Part shown: positions 1-12,399 of the stretch, in pieces
How the letters are laid out: the number at the start of each line of letters is the position of its first letter
Position numbering within the stretch: the first letter of the stretch is position 1
Source: Chiloscyllium plagiosum
Taxonomy: Eukaryota
Length of the DNA: 39,487 nt
Reading direction: 5' to 3'
Assembly: GCF_004010195.1 (NCBI RefSeq)
Contig: NC_057718.1
Coordinates: forward strand, 23,298,349 to 23,337,835
Made by a program: the position numbers and the translations under genes
Notes under the pieces: model-generated
The model's database searches: none
Seen by the model: the letters and a program-made list of their open reading frames with translations, nothing else
What the model was told of the DNA's origin: nothing

Positions 1-391
1 TGACATCATCAGTGCTTGGGTGCCTCAGACAACAAGCAACATGAATTCGACTGGGACAACACTACCATTATAGGGCAAGCCAAACAAAGAACAGCCAGGG
101 AATTCCTAGAAGCATGGCACTCATCCACAAACTCCATCAACAAACACATCGACCTGGACCCAATATACCGGCCACTACAGCGGACAGCTGAAACTGACAA
201 CCGGAAGCGGCAGGGACAGGCCATTATAAATGCCGGAGGAAACACCACAGAAGCGCTTCACAGGAGGCTCCCAAGCACTGAGGATGTCACCTAGACAGGG
301 GACGAAACGTTTGCAACAAAAATTTCCAGCTCGGCGAACAGAACCACAACAACGAGCACCCGAGCTACAAATCTTCACCCAAACTTTGAAC
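1..391 (+). mobile_element. Penelope-like element (Poseidon-type) 3' end with the start of an inverted terminal copy
   Basis: ORF 16..294 contains HEFDWDNTTIIGQAKQRTAREFLEAWHS..SINKHIDLDPIY, the C-terminus of a PLE GIY-YIG endonuclease. A 3' UTR with a hammerhead motif follows. Positions 1-26 are the reverse complement of 264-289 (2 mismatches). Confidence 0.88.
275..314 (+). ncRNA. Minimal hammerhead ribozyme motif (PLE-associated)
   Basis: gca-CTGAGGA(278-284)-T-GTCaCC-tagaca-GGgGAC-GAAA(304-307)-CGT-T-tgc. Stem I gca/tgc, stem II GTC/GAC, palindromic ACGT stem III. Confidence 0.8.
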
Positions 392-514
392 TGTGAATAT
401 CAATGGGAAAATGAAGCCATGCTCTATTGGGAATGATTGAAGCTTTAATGTCATATTTAGTTACAATAATTCCTGAATAACCTGTTTGACCTGTAAACAT
501 TAATGTTACAATGC

Positions 515-882
515 TAACTGAGATGTTCAAAATTAGGAACAATTTTGACAGGGGAAAGAAAGATATTCTGTTTCCATTGGTTGATATATCAGTAACTAAG
601 GGTCACAATTTCGGTGTTGTCAGCAAATGAGCTAGAGGTGAGGTGAAGAGAAACGTCTTTACTCAGAAAGTTGTTAGGATTTGGAATGCGCTGCCTGGGA
701 GAGTGGTACAGGCAGATTCTATAGGAAGCTTCAAAAGGAGTTGGATATATATTTGAAAGGGAGGCATTTAGAGGGCTGCAGAGATAGGCTTGGAGAATGG
801 GACTAACTGAGTAGCTCTTTTGGGAGTCTGTACAGACACAATGGGTCAAATGACTTGCTTCTGTACTGTAAACTTCTAGGAT
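515..882 (+). mobile_element. Old CR1-type LINE 3' fragment
   Basis: Degenerate match to the other CR1 3' ends in the window (gagatgttcaaaatt...tttactcagaaagttgttaggatttggaatgcgctgcctgg...ttctgtactgtaaacttcta). Confidence 0.6.
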
Positions 883-3558
883 TGCAAGTGTGGATCCTCA
901 CTCTGTCAATCAACAACGCTATTAATTTTTAAATATTAGGAAGTCAAATTATTTTCAAAGATTGTGTTTTCCTATTTAAATTTCCACTTTAGTCCACGAT
1001 GTGTATGTCCCAATTTTAAGTTTATTTAAAAGTAACTTAAATTTGTACTTCTCCTTCCTGATGTACTGACCGTAAGAATGCTTCAAGCTAGTTGGCAGGT
1101 TAGTGTCCCTGCTCCATGCTCTGTTCACAGCCAAATCCAATTCAAACTGAGATTGAAAAAGAGGAAGTCGCTGCTTGAGACCCTGGTAAGCATTGTGTGG
1201 CAGCTTCTTAAAAGGAAAAACAGCAAGTCAGTTTTCTTCACTGTTAATTGTAAAATTTGTTACAATGAGAATGACCGTGGAAATAGGAACCAACCATTGA
1301 AATTTGGTCAAGAGGAAATGCAATTATTACCTTTCTGTTAAATTCTACTCCAACTCACCTCGCAGGCAGCCCTGCATTTGCTGTAATAGCTTATTTCCTT
1401 TCTTAATGCTGAGGATGACCCCTGAATAATAAAGTGTTGAATTCACAAGGAGCTATCTCGCACGACGATGATGATGGCTGCCCACAGCAACTTAACACTG
1501 GAAGCAGTGTTAAATGTTAATTAAGGTGAGACTTCACCATAGGAAACCGTGCTTTATTGAATTGCTAGGCAATCAGGTGTCCTATGTTCCTGGTGGCAAC
1601 ACCAGAGGAGAGGACCACTTCTGGGACTGAGGCAGTCTCACCAGACTGAGGAATCCCAGCAAAGAGGACTCGTCAGCACTTGGCAGTGGGGAGTCGGATT
1701 ATAATCTGAAAGGCAGTACATTCATGCTGAGTGGCATTGACATGAGTTGCTGTTTCAGAGAGCAGCCACATCCTTGATTGGCAGTATTGCCTTTTTCGGT
1801 GATTATGATTCTGGGTGTAATGAAAAACAGTTTCTGCCTTGCTGTTTTGTACTGCTGGCATGGAGCTAAATAAATTCCCTCTCTCCCCTCATCCAAACCC
1901 CACCATGGGCACTTTTCCTTTTACTCCTTTCTGTTCAGAGGCGGATGGGAAAAATAAATATAATCGCTCAGAGGAAATAATGTGGTGAAAGTATTTTTAG
2001 TTTAAAAACAAGCTGACTTCTAAGAATGCCTCTGGATGAGAAAAAAGTTAAATCTCTTTAATATGGCTATCCCTTCCTTTGGATTTATTACATAGTACGA
2101 AATGTGTTCTGTTCAGCTTCTGCAAAGGCATTGTACAAGGTTATTTCCCTGTGGCAATGCCAAAAGTAGTGGAACTGAGGAACACAGCCAGCAGGGCAAG
2201 AGCTTTATTATAGAACTGCCAATTGGGTCTTTCTGTGGAATCAATAAGTATTGATGCTCAATGCACTTCAGTAAATGTCCAAGGCTTTAAAATGATCATT
2301 TTGTACATTGTCGAAGGATCTTTGTGAACTCTTGTGATTAAAAGTTCCCTTTTTGAGTGGTGAATACAAACACCAATTGTCGATGGTGCCCACTCAACCT
2401 GCACGATACAATTTGATGCTGAACAAGAACAAGTGCATATTTGCCGCACTGTGGGATCAAGTTTGAAGACATAGAGTGACAGCAACTGGAGGGAGGCCGA
2501 CCCATGCCAATGTGAAAGCCATTCATGCACTTCCAATCTCAGTTAATGTGTAAGCGTTGGTATCAATCCTTAGTGCAATCAAAGTATATCACAAATCATT
2601 CCTGAATATTTATTTGCTCGCTCTTTTATTTCTGGTTTTGACTGATTGCTGACCTGCTCATATGTCAGTTTTGAAAAGCAGTAAAACAGTTTCTTTTATG
2701 AAGGACATTTCTCTGAAGCTGAGTGATATAAAACCAGGAGAGAGAAGGAGATTAGTTTAAAACAAATAAGATGACAGTTGTTTTACATCAGCACACAAAG
2801 CAGTTTTACCAAAATGTATTTACTGAAATCAAGTTTTCGGAATGGAACAAGGATCAGGATATGACCCAATATTTTCTAGTTGGATTTGGAGGATGGGAAA
2901 GGCAGGTTTGGTGGGGCCAATCCCCATGTTCAGTTTGATTCAGAAGCTATTTTGTTCCACAGTGGACAAATATATAACCCTGAGTACAATGTCTACATAT
3001 GCACAATTGCAAAATGCGTCAGGTTCGAAATCATCTCCACCAAAGGCTAGCTTGTTTAATCTAAAAGGATAGCACATGATCTAATGTCCAAAGTGTTGCT
3101 CCATCAGTGGCTGATTTTGCCGAACTGACCTTCTGTATTGCCTGCTGATTTTTAAAATCCTCTTCCCTTGACTGACAGGTGCAAAGAGGCTTAGTTATTT
3201 TCTTGAAGAACAAATGATTGCAAACAAATTGGATTTTCTTTTCAGAAATGTGGGAGCTTGTTATTAGAAAGCTTTTCTCCATTCAGCTTAATCTTCACAG
3301 GCTTTCTTCCAATTTAACGTGTTCTAAGCAGGTTTCCTTCCAAATGAACCAGACAAAACAAGCACCTCTTCATGCTAGTCACTACCTGAAAAGTAACAGT
3401 TACCACCAGACATGTGTCTTCTTTAAAAAAACCCTCCAATGTTTGCACCAAATTTTGAATGACCCCCTTTCATTAGGCTACTCGAATTTCCACAAAATTT
3501 GAAACAAATCAATTTTCCACAGTCCATCAAAATATAAACCCTCCTCTCAATACCGAAT

Positions 3559-3748
3559 TTAAATTGATTTATTGTCACATGTACCAAGATGCAGTGAAGA
3601 GTGGTGTTTTGTGTACTGTACAGACAGATCATAACATACAAAGTGCATCAGGCAGCAGAACAAAGCACAGAATACAGTGTTACAACTGCAGAGAAAGTCT
3701 AGAGAGAGAGAGAGATCAAAGTTAACATTTGAGAGGTCCATAAGAAGT
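3559..3748 (-). mobile_element. REX1/Babar LINE 3' UTR fragment
   Basis: Same sequence as the 3' UTR of the REX1-like fragment at 25575-26135 (tttattgtcacatgtacc...tacaaagtgcat...tttgagaggtccat). Confidence 0.7.
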
Positions 3749-4252
3749 GAAAACAGCAGAATATATCAGAAATTCACAGCATTCCTTGAAAGGGAAAAGA
3801 TGGTTCAGATTTTAGTGTTATTTAAATTGGAATCCAGGTCCGCTCAAGAGAATATAACTGTGTACTACTGCCTGTAATGATCCAATGTGGGTTCCATTCC
3901 ATTAGCTTGTATAAGACTCAGAAGTCTCTTTCTAATTTGTCACTAAACAGCAGCTCAAGCCAGCACGTTATGGATGCCAGTATGAGAGGTGAATTGACAC
4001 TGTAGAGAGCTATTTTCAATGTTGGGATTGAATGATTTCATTGGAAAGGAGTAAACAGTGCTTTATGATAAAGCAGAAACATTTATCATTGTGCTAGGAA
4101 AAAAGATGCTGATTAAATTTATATTAAAATATTGCCACAAGGCTGGTTTAATACAAAATTAACACTTAAATAACTTTAATAAGTTTTCTAAGGTGAGATG
4201 ATGTAGACAGCATTTTGTACATTACCATTTCTTAAGCTTTATTCTGTGCAAT

Positions 4253-4617
4253 TTTTTTATATTCAGTTGTTTGACCTGGACATAATTGGCAAGGTGAGTA
4301 GCATTGGCCATCCGTAATTGTTCCTGAAAAGATGATGCTGAGCTATCTTCAAGTACTGCAGGCTTGTGAAGGTACACCTACAGTGCTGTCAGATAGTGAA
4401 TACCATTTTAACTAAATGATGATGGAATGACAATATATTTCCAAGTCAGAATTGTAAGTAACTTGGTGGGGAACCTATAGATTGTGATATTTCCATGCAT
4501 CTATTGTTCTTGCCTTTTCAAGTGTTAGAAATCTGGATATGAAAGGTGTTCCAAAGAAACCTTGGTGAATTGCTGCAGAGTACTCTGTAGATGGTACACA
4601 CTGCAGCCACAGTGCGC
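4253..4617 (-). mobile_element. CR1/L2-group LINE 3' end (same family as 10118-10690)
   Basis: Similar to the reverse complement of 10530-10690. Ends in a ttttattca-type 3' terminus. Confidence 0.6.
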
Positions 4618-4624
4618 TGTTATA

Positions 4625-4710
4625 AAAACACAACAAAACATGATAAGTGCAGCTCCAAAACATTTAAGCTTAAATGTTGTTGGAGCTGCATTCATGTTTT
4701 GTAGTGTTTT
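4625..4710. repeat. Near-perfect loopless palindrome, about 43-bp arms
   Basis: aaaacacaacaaaacatga..tgcagctccaa.aacatttaag|cttaaatgttgttggagctgca.tcatgttttgtagtgtttt, centred on AAGCTT at 4666-4671. Confidence 0.9.
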
Positions 4711-5189
4711 AAACAAGGTGGAGATGATTAGGGATCTAAGTAAAGCAAAGGATTTATTCTATTGTATGCCTACACCTCGAGGGAGGCTATTAATTAAACA
4801 ATGAATCATTTTCCTCCTTATATACTTTACAGTTAGGTCTGTTGCCATTTGATCATAAGCAGTACAAGACTATTACAACATCGATCCCTCATTAGAAGAC
4901 TAGACAAGTTCCCAGTTGAGATAAACACTTATCACTGTAACATAATTAAGATCCTGCTGTGCCCATGTCCAGCAACTGTGTCACTTGAAAGTGCAAACAG
5001 AGTCCCCTTTATGGCAATTATCTATTTGTAACATTAACAAGTTTTATATGTTATTGTGCTTGTATTAAACACATTTTCTTTTAACCCTTAAAATGCCTCA
5101 GCCAAATGTTTCCCAATACCAAACTCACACCTATATCTATATGCCCTTCTATATATCTGTTTGGCTGTGTAATTAATTTCTGTACTTAT

Positions 5190-5693
5190 GGGCACATACA
5201 ATGTGGATGGAGAGTATTCCAACTCATTTCATTTTGTGACTTGTAGACGATGGACATGTTTTGGGGAACCAGGAGTTGAGATACTAGCCACAGGTTTCAC
5301 AGCCTCTGAATTGCCACTGTAGCAACAATATTTGTATTGCTGGTCTCGTTCATTTTCTGGCAAATAGTGACCTCCAGCAGGATCCAGTGATAGGAATGCC
5401 ATTGAATACCAGGAGCCTAGGGTTAGATTATCTCAGTGGAAGATAGTCATTGCCTGGCAGAAGCTTTACTTATCAGTTGTCAACCCAAGTTTAAGTTGTG
5501 TCAGGTCCTGCTGCTTCAATGTATGAGGAGTTGTGAATGGTGCTGGAGCTAGTGCAAGCAATGAACATCCTCACCTCTGATATTATGATGGAAGGAAAAT
5601 GATAGATGCTGAACACAGTTGAGCCTTCATCATGAGGAACTCTTCCAGTGTTCTGGGGCTGAGATTGGCCTCCACTACCCATAACCATCTTCC
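5190..5693 (-). mobile_element. CR1/L2-group LINE ORF2 fragment, decayed
   Basis: Reverse complement resembles 10118-10420 and extends further into the RT region. Confidence 0.6.
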
Positions 5694-6133
5694 ACTTCTT
5701 CCTTGAAGATGTTGCCAGGCAGAGGCTTGGCTAAAAAGTCACAACAATACTACTTGTTCCTCCATTAAAAGGGAAAACTTTCCTTTCAACTTGACTGAAT
5801 GGTTCAATTTATCCACTGAGCAATGTACTGAGTTGAGGGTATGATCAGCAAACCAACTCGTTTTCTTTGAAAGCTTGAAGAGTTTCCAGGTTGGAAATGA
5901 GCTGGTGAAGTTTCAAATGAAGAAATAAATGGTCAGGAACAGTTATTGTGAAAATAGGTCTTTGCCTAAAACAGGGAGAGATTTTCTTGCTGTTATTGTT
6001 GAAAAAGAGTGGTATGAAAACCCATTTTGGTTTTCTTATTCCATTAGTATGCGCTGTGTGGTGAAGGAACATTCTGGGTCTAATGGGCACAATGTCTGTC
6101 TACTGAAGTATTGGTAGCAGAACTAATAAGTCC

Positions 6134-6690
6134 TAATAAGGAAGGCAAATTGAATTGTGGCATTTATTATCAAAGGGATAGAATCTGAAAGTAGGGAAGT
6201 GTTGCTGCAGCTGTACAAGGCATTTGTGAGACTGCACCTTAAGTATTGTGTTCAATTTTGGTCCTGTTGCTTGAGAAGGGATGTAGTTGCATGGAGGCAG
6301 TTCCGAGGAAGGTCATTACATTGATTCCAGAGGTGAGGGGTTTGCCTTGTGAAGAAAGGTTGAGCAGTTTAGGCCTATACTCTCTAGCATGTGGCGTGAT
6401 TGAGAGGAGATCTAAGAGGGGTATAAAAGATACTAAAGGAGATTGACAAAGTAGACATAGAGAGGATGGTTCCTCGTGTGGGGCATTCCAGAATGAGAGG
6501 TCATAGTTTCAGGATAAGGGGAAGTAGATTTAAAACAGATGAGGTAAAATCACTTCTCACAAAGGATTGTGAATCAGTGGAATTCACTACCCCAGAATGT
6601 GGTGGATGTTGAAACATTGATGAATAGACAGGTTTTTAAGTTAGCTGAAGGGTTATATGAGTGGGCAGAAAAATGGATTTGAAGCCAAGT
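6134..6690 (+). mobile_element. CR1 (HER1-like) LINE 3' fragment
   Basis: Decayed LQLYKAFVRLHLKYCVQFWS...GLPCEERLSSLGLYSL...RMRGHSFRIRG, typical CR1 ORF2 C-terminus. Confidence 0.85.
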
Positions 6691-6785
6691 TAAGCAAATA
6701 TTCTGCAAGCCCATATTTACTATCTACTAGTACTGAATTACATTAAAGTCATCTTGGGACAGAATTTAACTTATTCTCCTCTTTT

Positions 6786-6924
6786 TTTTTAAATTCACTC
6801 ATTGTAGCCATTGCTGTTGGGACAGCTTTTATTGCCTGTCCCTAGTTGCCCTTGAGAAAATGTTATCGATGGGTAATAAATGCTGGTCCAGCCAATGACA
6901 TCCACATCCCATGAATAAATAAAA
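6786..6924. repeat. Back-to-back inverted pair of LINE/SINE 3' termini
   Basis: Right arm gggtaataaatgctggtccagccaatgacatccacatcccatgaataaataaaaa. Left arm is a diverged reverse complement (attcactcattgtagccattgctgttgggacagcttttattgcctgtccctagttgccc). Confidence 0.6.
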
Positions 6925-8022
6925 ACTCACTTTGATCTTTGATCTGAATAATATGCTGCTAAAAACTGTGAATGTGGAAGGATAAAAATTCCTTTTCAGT
7001 TTGAAATGCTTCAATTCGCCATGTTGAGCACAGTGACCAAACTTAAGTGGCAATTTTCTGACAACAAGATCCCAAAAGATGATGAGAGAAAAAAAAACCA
7101 CTGTGCCGCCAATGAACATTCTGTCATCCAATCCCATGAAGTCTCAATTGCATGTTTGCTTTCTATGAGAGAAAGAAATTAAGACATTAGCCTTGGGGCT
7201 TGGAAAGACACAAGCTCCAATTTTGTGAAGGAATCGAGTGAGGATTTAATTTTTCTTCATCTTATTATTCTAACCATTTCTTCAAATCCCACTTTCTTTC
7301 TTTCAACTTCTGTTGCATAGGGGAGGTTTAACCTGAACTGACAATCATTTTCCAGGCACTGAGAGACTTGGCATTGGCAAAGCTAAGGAAATTGCAAGAT
7401 ATGCTTTCTATTTTCCTTGGAATAGTGTTAATATTGATCCAGAAATGTTTAAATCCAAGCAAGGAACATTAAACAATCTTCTGTTGAACCTTTTGTAAAT
7501 TATTTGGAATTACTCCATGAAATTCATAAGTAGGAAACTACCCATTATCTTTGGTAAGCAATTGTATGCTTCTTTTCTCATTGACTCGTCAACATCTGCT
7601 GCCATTGCATGTAATGGAGAAATAGTTTGGCACACAGACAAAAGAATGGGAGTGGCTCATTGAATATTTTATTTATTTTCCTTCATATCCTTTCATATTT
7701 TCTCAATGAGACCGCAACTCCATTAATCATTCTTGAATTAAAATTAATTTTCATGTTTTAAATGTTCAACCTTCCTTCCACTGCTTCATAATTCATATTT
7801 GTTTGTGAACATCTCTTCATCCTCACAATTTGCTGCACCTTCGATCCTAGTATTAGTTGAAAACTAGGATATTCTCTCCTGTATATCTAACGCCATTTAT
7901 TGAATACGTTTCTAGAATTAATGGAAGATGCCAGACAGCCAAAGAAATGACAAATATGCCACTAAAGTCCACCAGCTGTGAATGTTAATTTTGATACAGT
8001 GCTCCCAAAAGATATACTAAAT

Positions 8023-8241
8023 ACAGAAAGTACTGTAGAAATTCAGCAAGTCTGGCACTATCTCTGGAGAGAGAAATACAGAGTTAATCTTTTAAATCCA
8101 ATGTGACGCAAAAGAAGAAAAATTGTATTGGACTTTTAACATCAACTGTTTCTCTCTCCACAGATGCTGCCAGACCTGCTTAGTTTCTCCAGGACTTTCT
8201 GTTCTTAGCTCAATTCTCCAGCATCCACAGTATTTTGCTTT
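8023..8241. mobile_element. Old PLE-derived inverted-repeat element (related to 28270-28486), ribozyme cores decayed
   Basis: Arms about 8023-8110 and 8114-8202 are reverse complements (cagcaagtctggca/tgccagacctgct; tggagagagaaa/tttctctctcca). An extra tail at 8203-8241 is on the right arm only. Confidence 0.72.
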
Positions 8242-8654
8242 CAAAAATAAGTAGATATCTATTATGTTGGATCCTATGACATAGTCAGGACCAAACGATC
8301 TTTTTTTTTGTAGTTCAGTGTTTTCACTGATGATTCCTTAATCCATCCATGAAAGGACTTTAGTAACTCTAATCTAAATCACTGTCGGTCTTGAGCTGAC
8401 ACGCTGCTTCTATTTCCCTTTCATTTAAAACCAAAGATTATGCTTTTGTTTGTAGAAGGTATAACCTTCAGGGAGTTTTAAGACTATTTCTAACAATATT
8501 ACTTCTATTAGGCCATTTCATTCTGAATAAAAGAAGAATGGCAGCAACAAATAGTTGGAAGGATCAGATTGAGCTGGAGTTGGAGGGACAGCAGAGGAGG
8601 AGAGTTCATTTAGAGTTTTGCATTTCAGAGTAGGTGGCTAGGCATTATATGCGT

Positions 8655-8973
8655 GGGCGGCACGGTGGCACAGTGGTTAGCACTGTTGCCTCACAGCGCC
8701 AGATACCCGGGTTCAATTCCCGCCTCAGGCGACTGACTGTGTGGAGTTTGCATGTTCTCCCCGTGTCTGCGTGGGTTTCCTCCGGGTGCTCCGGTTTCCT
8801 CCCACAGTCCAAAGATGTGCAGGTCAGGTGAATTGGCCATGTTAAATTGTCCGTAGTGTTAGGTAAGGGGTAAATGTAGGGGTATGGGTGGTTTGCGCTT
8901 CGGCGGGACGGTGTGGACTTGTTGGGCCGAAGGGCCTGTTTCCACACTGTAAAGTAATCTAATCTAATCTAAT
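8655..8973 (+). mobile_element. HE1-type tRNA-derived V-SINE, full length
   Basis: A box TGGCACAGTGG, B box GGTTCAATTCC, V-domain (ctgtgtggagtttgca..ttctccccgtgtctgcgtgggtttcctccgggtgctccggtttcctcccac), CR1-like 3' end and (TAATC)n tail. Confidence 0.95.
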
Positions 8974-9455
8974 GTCTATTCCTCGAGGAAGAGCATGAGG
9001 AAGCTTCATTTCTCTTGAGACTACTGCAGGCATGTGTCACCACCTGCATCACCAGGATGCAGGAATAGTCTGAGCTACTAAAACCCTTGACCTTTCCTAC
9101 CTCTGTCTTCTACCAGCTCACTTTATAGCCTGTGTTTTCAATGAAAACTAATGTGAAGGCAAGATTGCTAAAGCAAGCAATTTTATCACGTTCACCATGG
9201 ATAACAGGACAGGATCAGTCTGTGGTAACTGTACAGATTGCAGGCATGCCCCCCAAGCCTGACATTGACTGTCCACACATCGATATGTGGGCACTGTCTT
9301 CATACATCATTACATTCATTCCAGTGTAATTCAACTGAGGCATGGTCACCAGCAACACATGAAGCAGCTCTGTGCCCATTCTACCATCAGATACATTGCA
9401 TTGCACCAATCCTTCATTGCCCTACCCACTGACCTTGCACAGAAGTAAGAGTTTG

Positions 9456-9971
9456 ATTCCTTGTGGACTAGAGTTATCCCTGCACACTTACCTTACGGCA
9501 CTTTTCAGAAAACCATACTCACCTATGCCTTACAAACAGACGCATGGTAAATTAGAGCTGTCACCAGTGCAGATTTTTTTCCAGCAGTAATTTTGCTGCC
9601 AATAAAACTGAGATAAGTATCACAGTTCTTTGGGGTGTTGTTGTATCCTAAATAACTGTGCAGAAATTTCAGACCTTTTCAACAGTACTACAACTGACTA
9701 AACCTTGCCCTGCCTTAGTTGTCATGTTTCAGTTTTTCTAGGCTTTTGATAAAAACTATTACTTTTGATGGTATATGTGTCATTATCAAGTTCACTGTCT
9801 GGGCAAATATTTCAAAACAGTTTAGAATTTTATTTAAAAATAAATGATCCTGTCCTGCACTGGTGACAACTCTAATTTGCCCATGCGTCTGCTGTAGGGC
9901 ATTGGTGAGCGTGGATTTCTGAAAAGAGCCATAAGGTAAGTGTGCAGGGATAATCCTAGTCCACAAGGAAT
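9456..9971. mobile_element. MITE-like element with about 117-bp inverted repeats
   Basis: 9456-9572 is the reverse complement of 9855-9971 (about 14 differences by eye) around a 282-bp AT-rich spacer. TTAA lies at 9977-9980. Confidence 0.72.
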
Positions 9972-10117
9972 GTGCCTTAAGACATGTAGGCGAGTGGCTT
10001 TCTAAAGTGATCACTTAGCTATTTGACTATTTCTGCAGTGTTTTCTCAGAGTTTCCTCAGAGTCTTCCTCAGATACTGAAGCTGTCCACAATTATATGAA
10101 GAAGACAAGGACAGCGT

Positions 10118-10690
10118 TCAGGTTTGGGCTGCTACGTGGCAGGTAATAATTGTGCCACACAGTAATGATCATCTTCAATAAGAGAGAATCCAACCTTCTC
10201 ACCTTGACACCCAATGGCATTACCATCACTGAATCCCATGTGTACATCTTGGGGTTACTATTGAACAGAAACTAAAACAGACCAGACATACAAATACTAC
10301 GGTTTCAAGAGTGGAACAGAGGCTGGGACTTCTGTAATGAACAACTCACCTCCGTCCCCCTTAAACCTCTCCCCATTTAGAAGACGTAAGTCAGGAGTGT
10401 GCTGTAATACTGCTCACTTGCCTGAATGAGTGCAGCTCCAACAACACACAAGAAGCTCAACACAATTAGGGGCATATCAGCCTGTTTAACTGACACCCCA
10501 TCCAACACCCATAATGATTCTCCCAATTCACAGCAGCAGCAGAGTGTCCTAGCTCCAAGATGCATTTCAATAGTTCAGCAAGGTCCTTCCCTGGCACCTT
10601 CCAAACTTGTGACCTCTACCACTTAGGGGAAAGGGCAGCAGATGCATGGGTGCAGATGCATGCACCATCTTCAAGCTCCCCTCTAAAACA
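10118..10690 (+). mobile_element. CR1/L2-group LINE ORF2 C-terminal fragment
   Basis: Decayed QVWAATWQV..NKRESNLLTLTPNGITITES..LGVTIEQKL..VRSVL*YCSLA*MSAAPTTHKKLNTI. Confidence 0.8.
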
Positions 10691-10806
10691 CACACCATCT
10701 GAGTTGGAAGTTCACTTGACTGAAAAAGTTGATTCTAAATTTGCAAAGCTTTCAACACATGGGGCAGGGCCACCTCCCAGATCTAGAGAACAGGATTTGT
10801 TTCCTT

Positions 10807-11454
10807 TAGAGTCATAGAGTCATAGACATGTACAGCATGGAAACAGACCCTTCGGTCTAACCCGTCCATGCCGACCAGATATCCCAATCCAATCTAGTCC
10901 CACCTGCCAGCACCCAGCCCATATCCCTCCAAACCCTTCCTATTCATATACCCATCCAAATGCCTCTTAAATGATGCAATTGTACCAGCCTCCACCACAT
11001 CCTCTGGCAGCTTATTCCATACACGTACCATCCTCTGCGTGAAAAAATTGCCCCTTAGGTCTCTTTTATATCTTTCCCCTCTCACACTAAATCTATGCCC
11101 TCTAGTTCTGGACTCCCCGACCCCAGGGAAAAGACTTTGTCCATTTATCCTATCCATGCCCCTCATAATTTTGTAAACCTCTATAAGATCACCCCTCAGC
11201 CTCCGACGCTCCAGGGAAAACAGCCCCAGCCTGTTCAGCCTCTCCCTGTAGCTCAGAGCCTCCAACCCTGGCAACCCTCCATGTAAATCTGTTCTGAACC
11301 CTTTCAAGTTTCACAACATCTTTCTGACAGGAAGGAGACCAGAATTGCACGCAATATTCCAACAGCTGCAACATGACGTCCCAACCCTGTACTGAATACT
11401 CTGACCAATAAAGAAAAGCAAAACAAACGCCTTCTTCACTATCTTATCTACCTG
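10807..11454 (-). mobile_element. Young CR1 (HER1-like) LINE 3' end
   Basis: ORF 10894..11307 has LSYRERLNRLGLFSLERRRLRGDLIEVYKIM..TRGH..RGNFFTQR..WNKLP. LEYCVQFWSP lies upstream and a (CTATGACT)n tail ends it. Confidence 0.95.
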
Positions 11455-12399
11455 CTCTTCTAGCTTTCTCTGGAACAAGTTAATCTCATCATTTAAGGCA
11501 ATTCGACTCAAAGCATGATAGAGCTTGGAGGAGAGGTTTTTTGCCATTTTGAACAATTGATCAGAAAAGTATTCAAGGAATAAGTAAGAGCTGTTCTATC
11601 CAAATAGCTCCACGTGGATTGATGTTGAGGACATTTTCAGACTATATTCTTGTCCAGTTTGATCACAAGCCCATTTCTTTTTGAATCATGATCTATGCTT
11701 TGGCTTTTGCACATGTTCAGCCATGTTCTTGTTCCAGGAGCTTAATCTACAAATAATTTATGCAAAGTAGTCACTCCTCTCAATATTGAGGAATTGCTAC
11801 TGCAACTGAGGCACTGCCTGAGAAAGGCTAAAGGAATGGAAAGACACAGGAGTTTTGCTACAAAGGAAATATAAATAATATTATTGAAATCCTCCTGCAT
11901 TTTCAGACCTGCTTATCGCATCCCTCTGCAGATTCTTTTAATCATGTTATCTTATTCTTTCGATCTGATATTTTACAGAACATAAATCACAAATGACAAA
12001 CAGGCTGGCTGAGAAAGGTTCCCACACAAATCACACACTGCGGGGCGTGTACATCATTTTGATTGTTTTTTCTTCTATTATATGATAAAATATTCTTAAT
12101 TTTGGTTTTGTTTAAGAACACACATGCTGGTGTTATATTGGCTGGTAAGCTTTAATAGCAGTTTTCCTTTCAACAGTTTTAACCACTACTTAAATACGCT
12201 TTCTAAAGAAAAGTATTAAAAAGAACAAACATTCATGTTAACAATCTGTGCATCTTTTTCTCAGCTTCTAAATGGTTTATGCCAGGAGTCCACAATACGG
12301 AATCACCAGTTGATTTCCATTATGTCTCAACTTGATCTACCCTCACAATCTGCTGTAGATGAAGTTTTGGGCTTCTTACCTTCAGCAGGGTATGTGTAC

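Noticed and set aside
7250..7560. Strong acceptor at 7320 and donor at 7554 as a coding exon
   Set aside because: All three frames stop within about 21 nt of the acceptor. A non-coding exon cannot be supported without RNA data.
8634..8947. ORFs overlapping HE1 SINEs (also 19223-19624, 29375-29766, 31959-32174, 36102-36408)
   Set aside because: They are translations of SINE sequence (for example RKPEHPEETHADTG), not genes.
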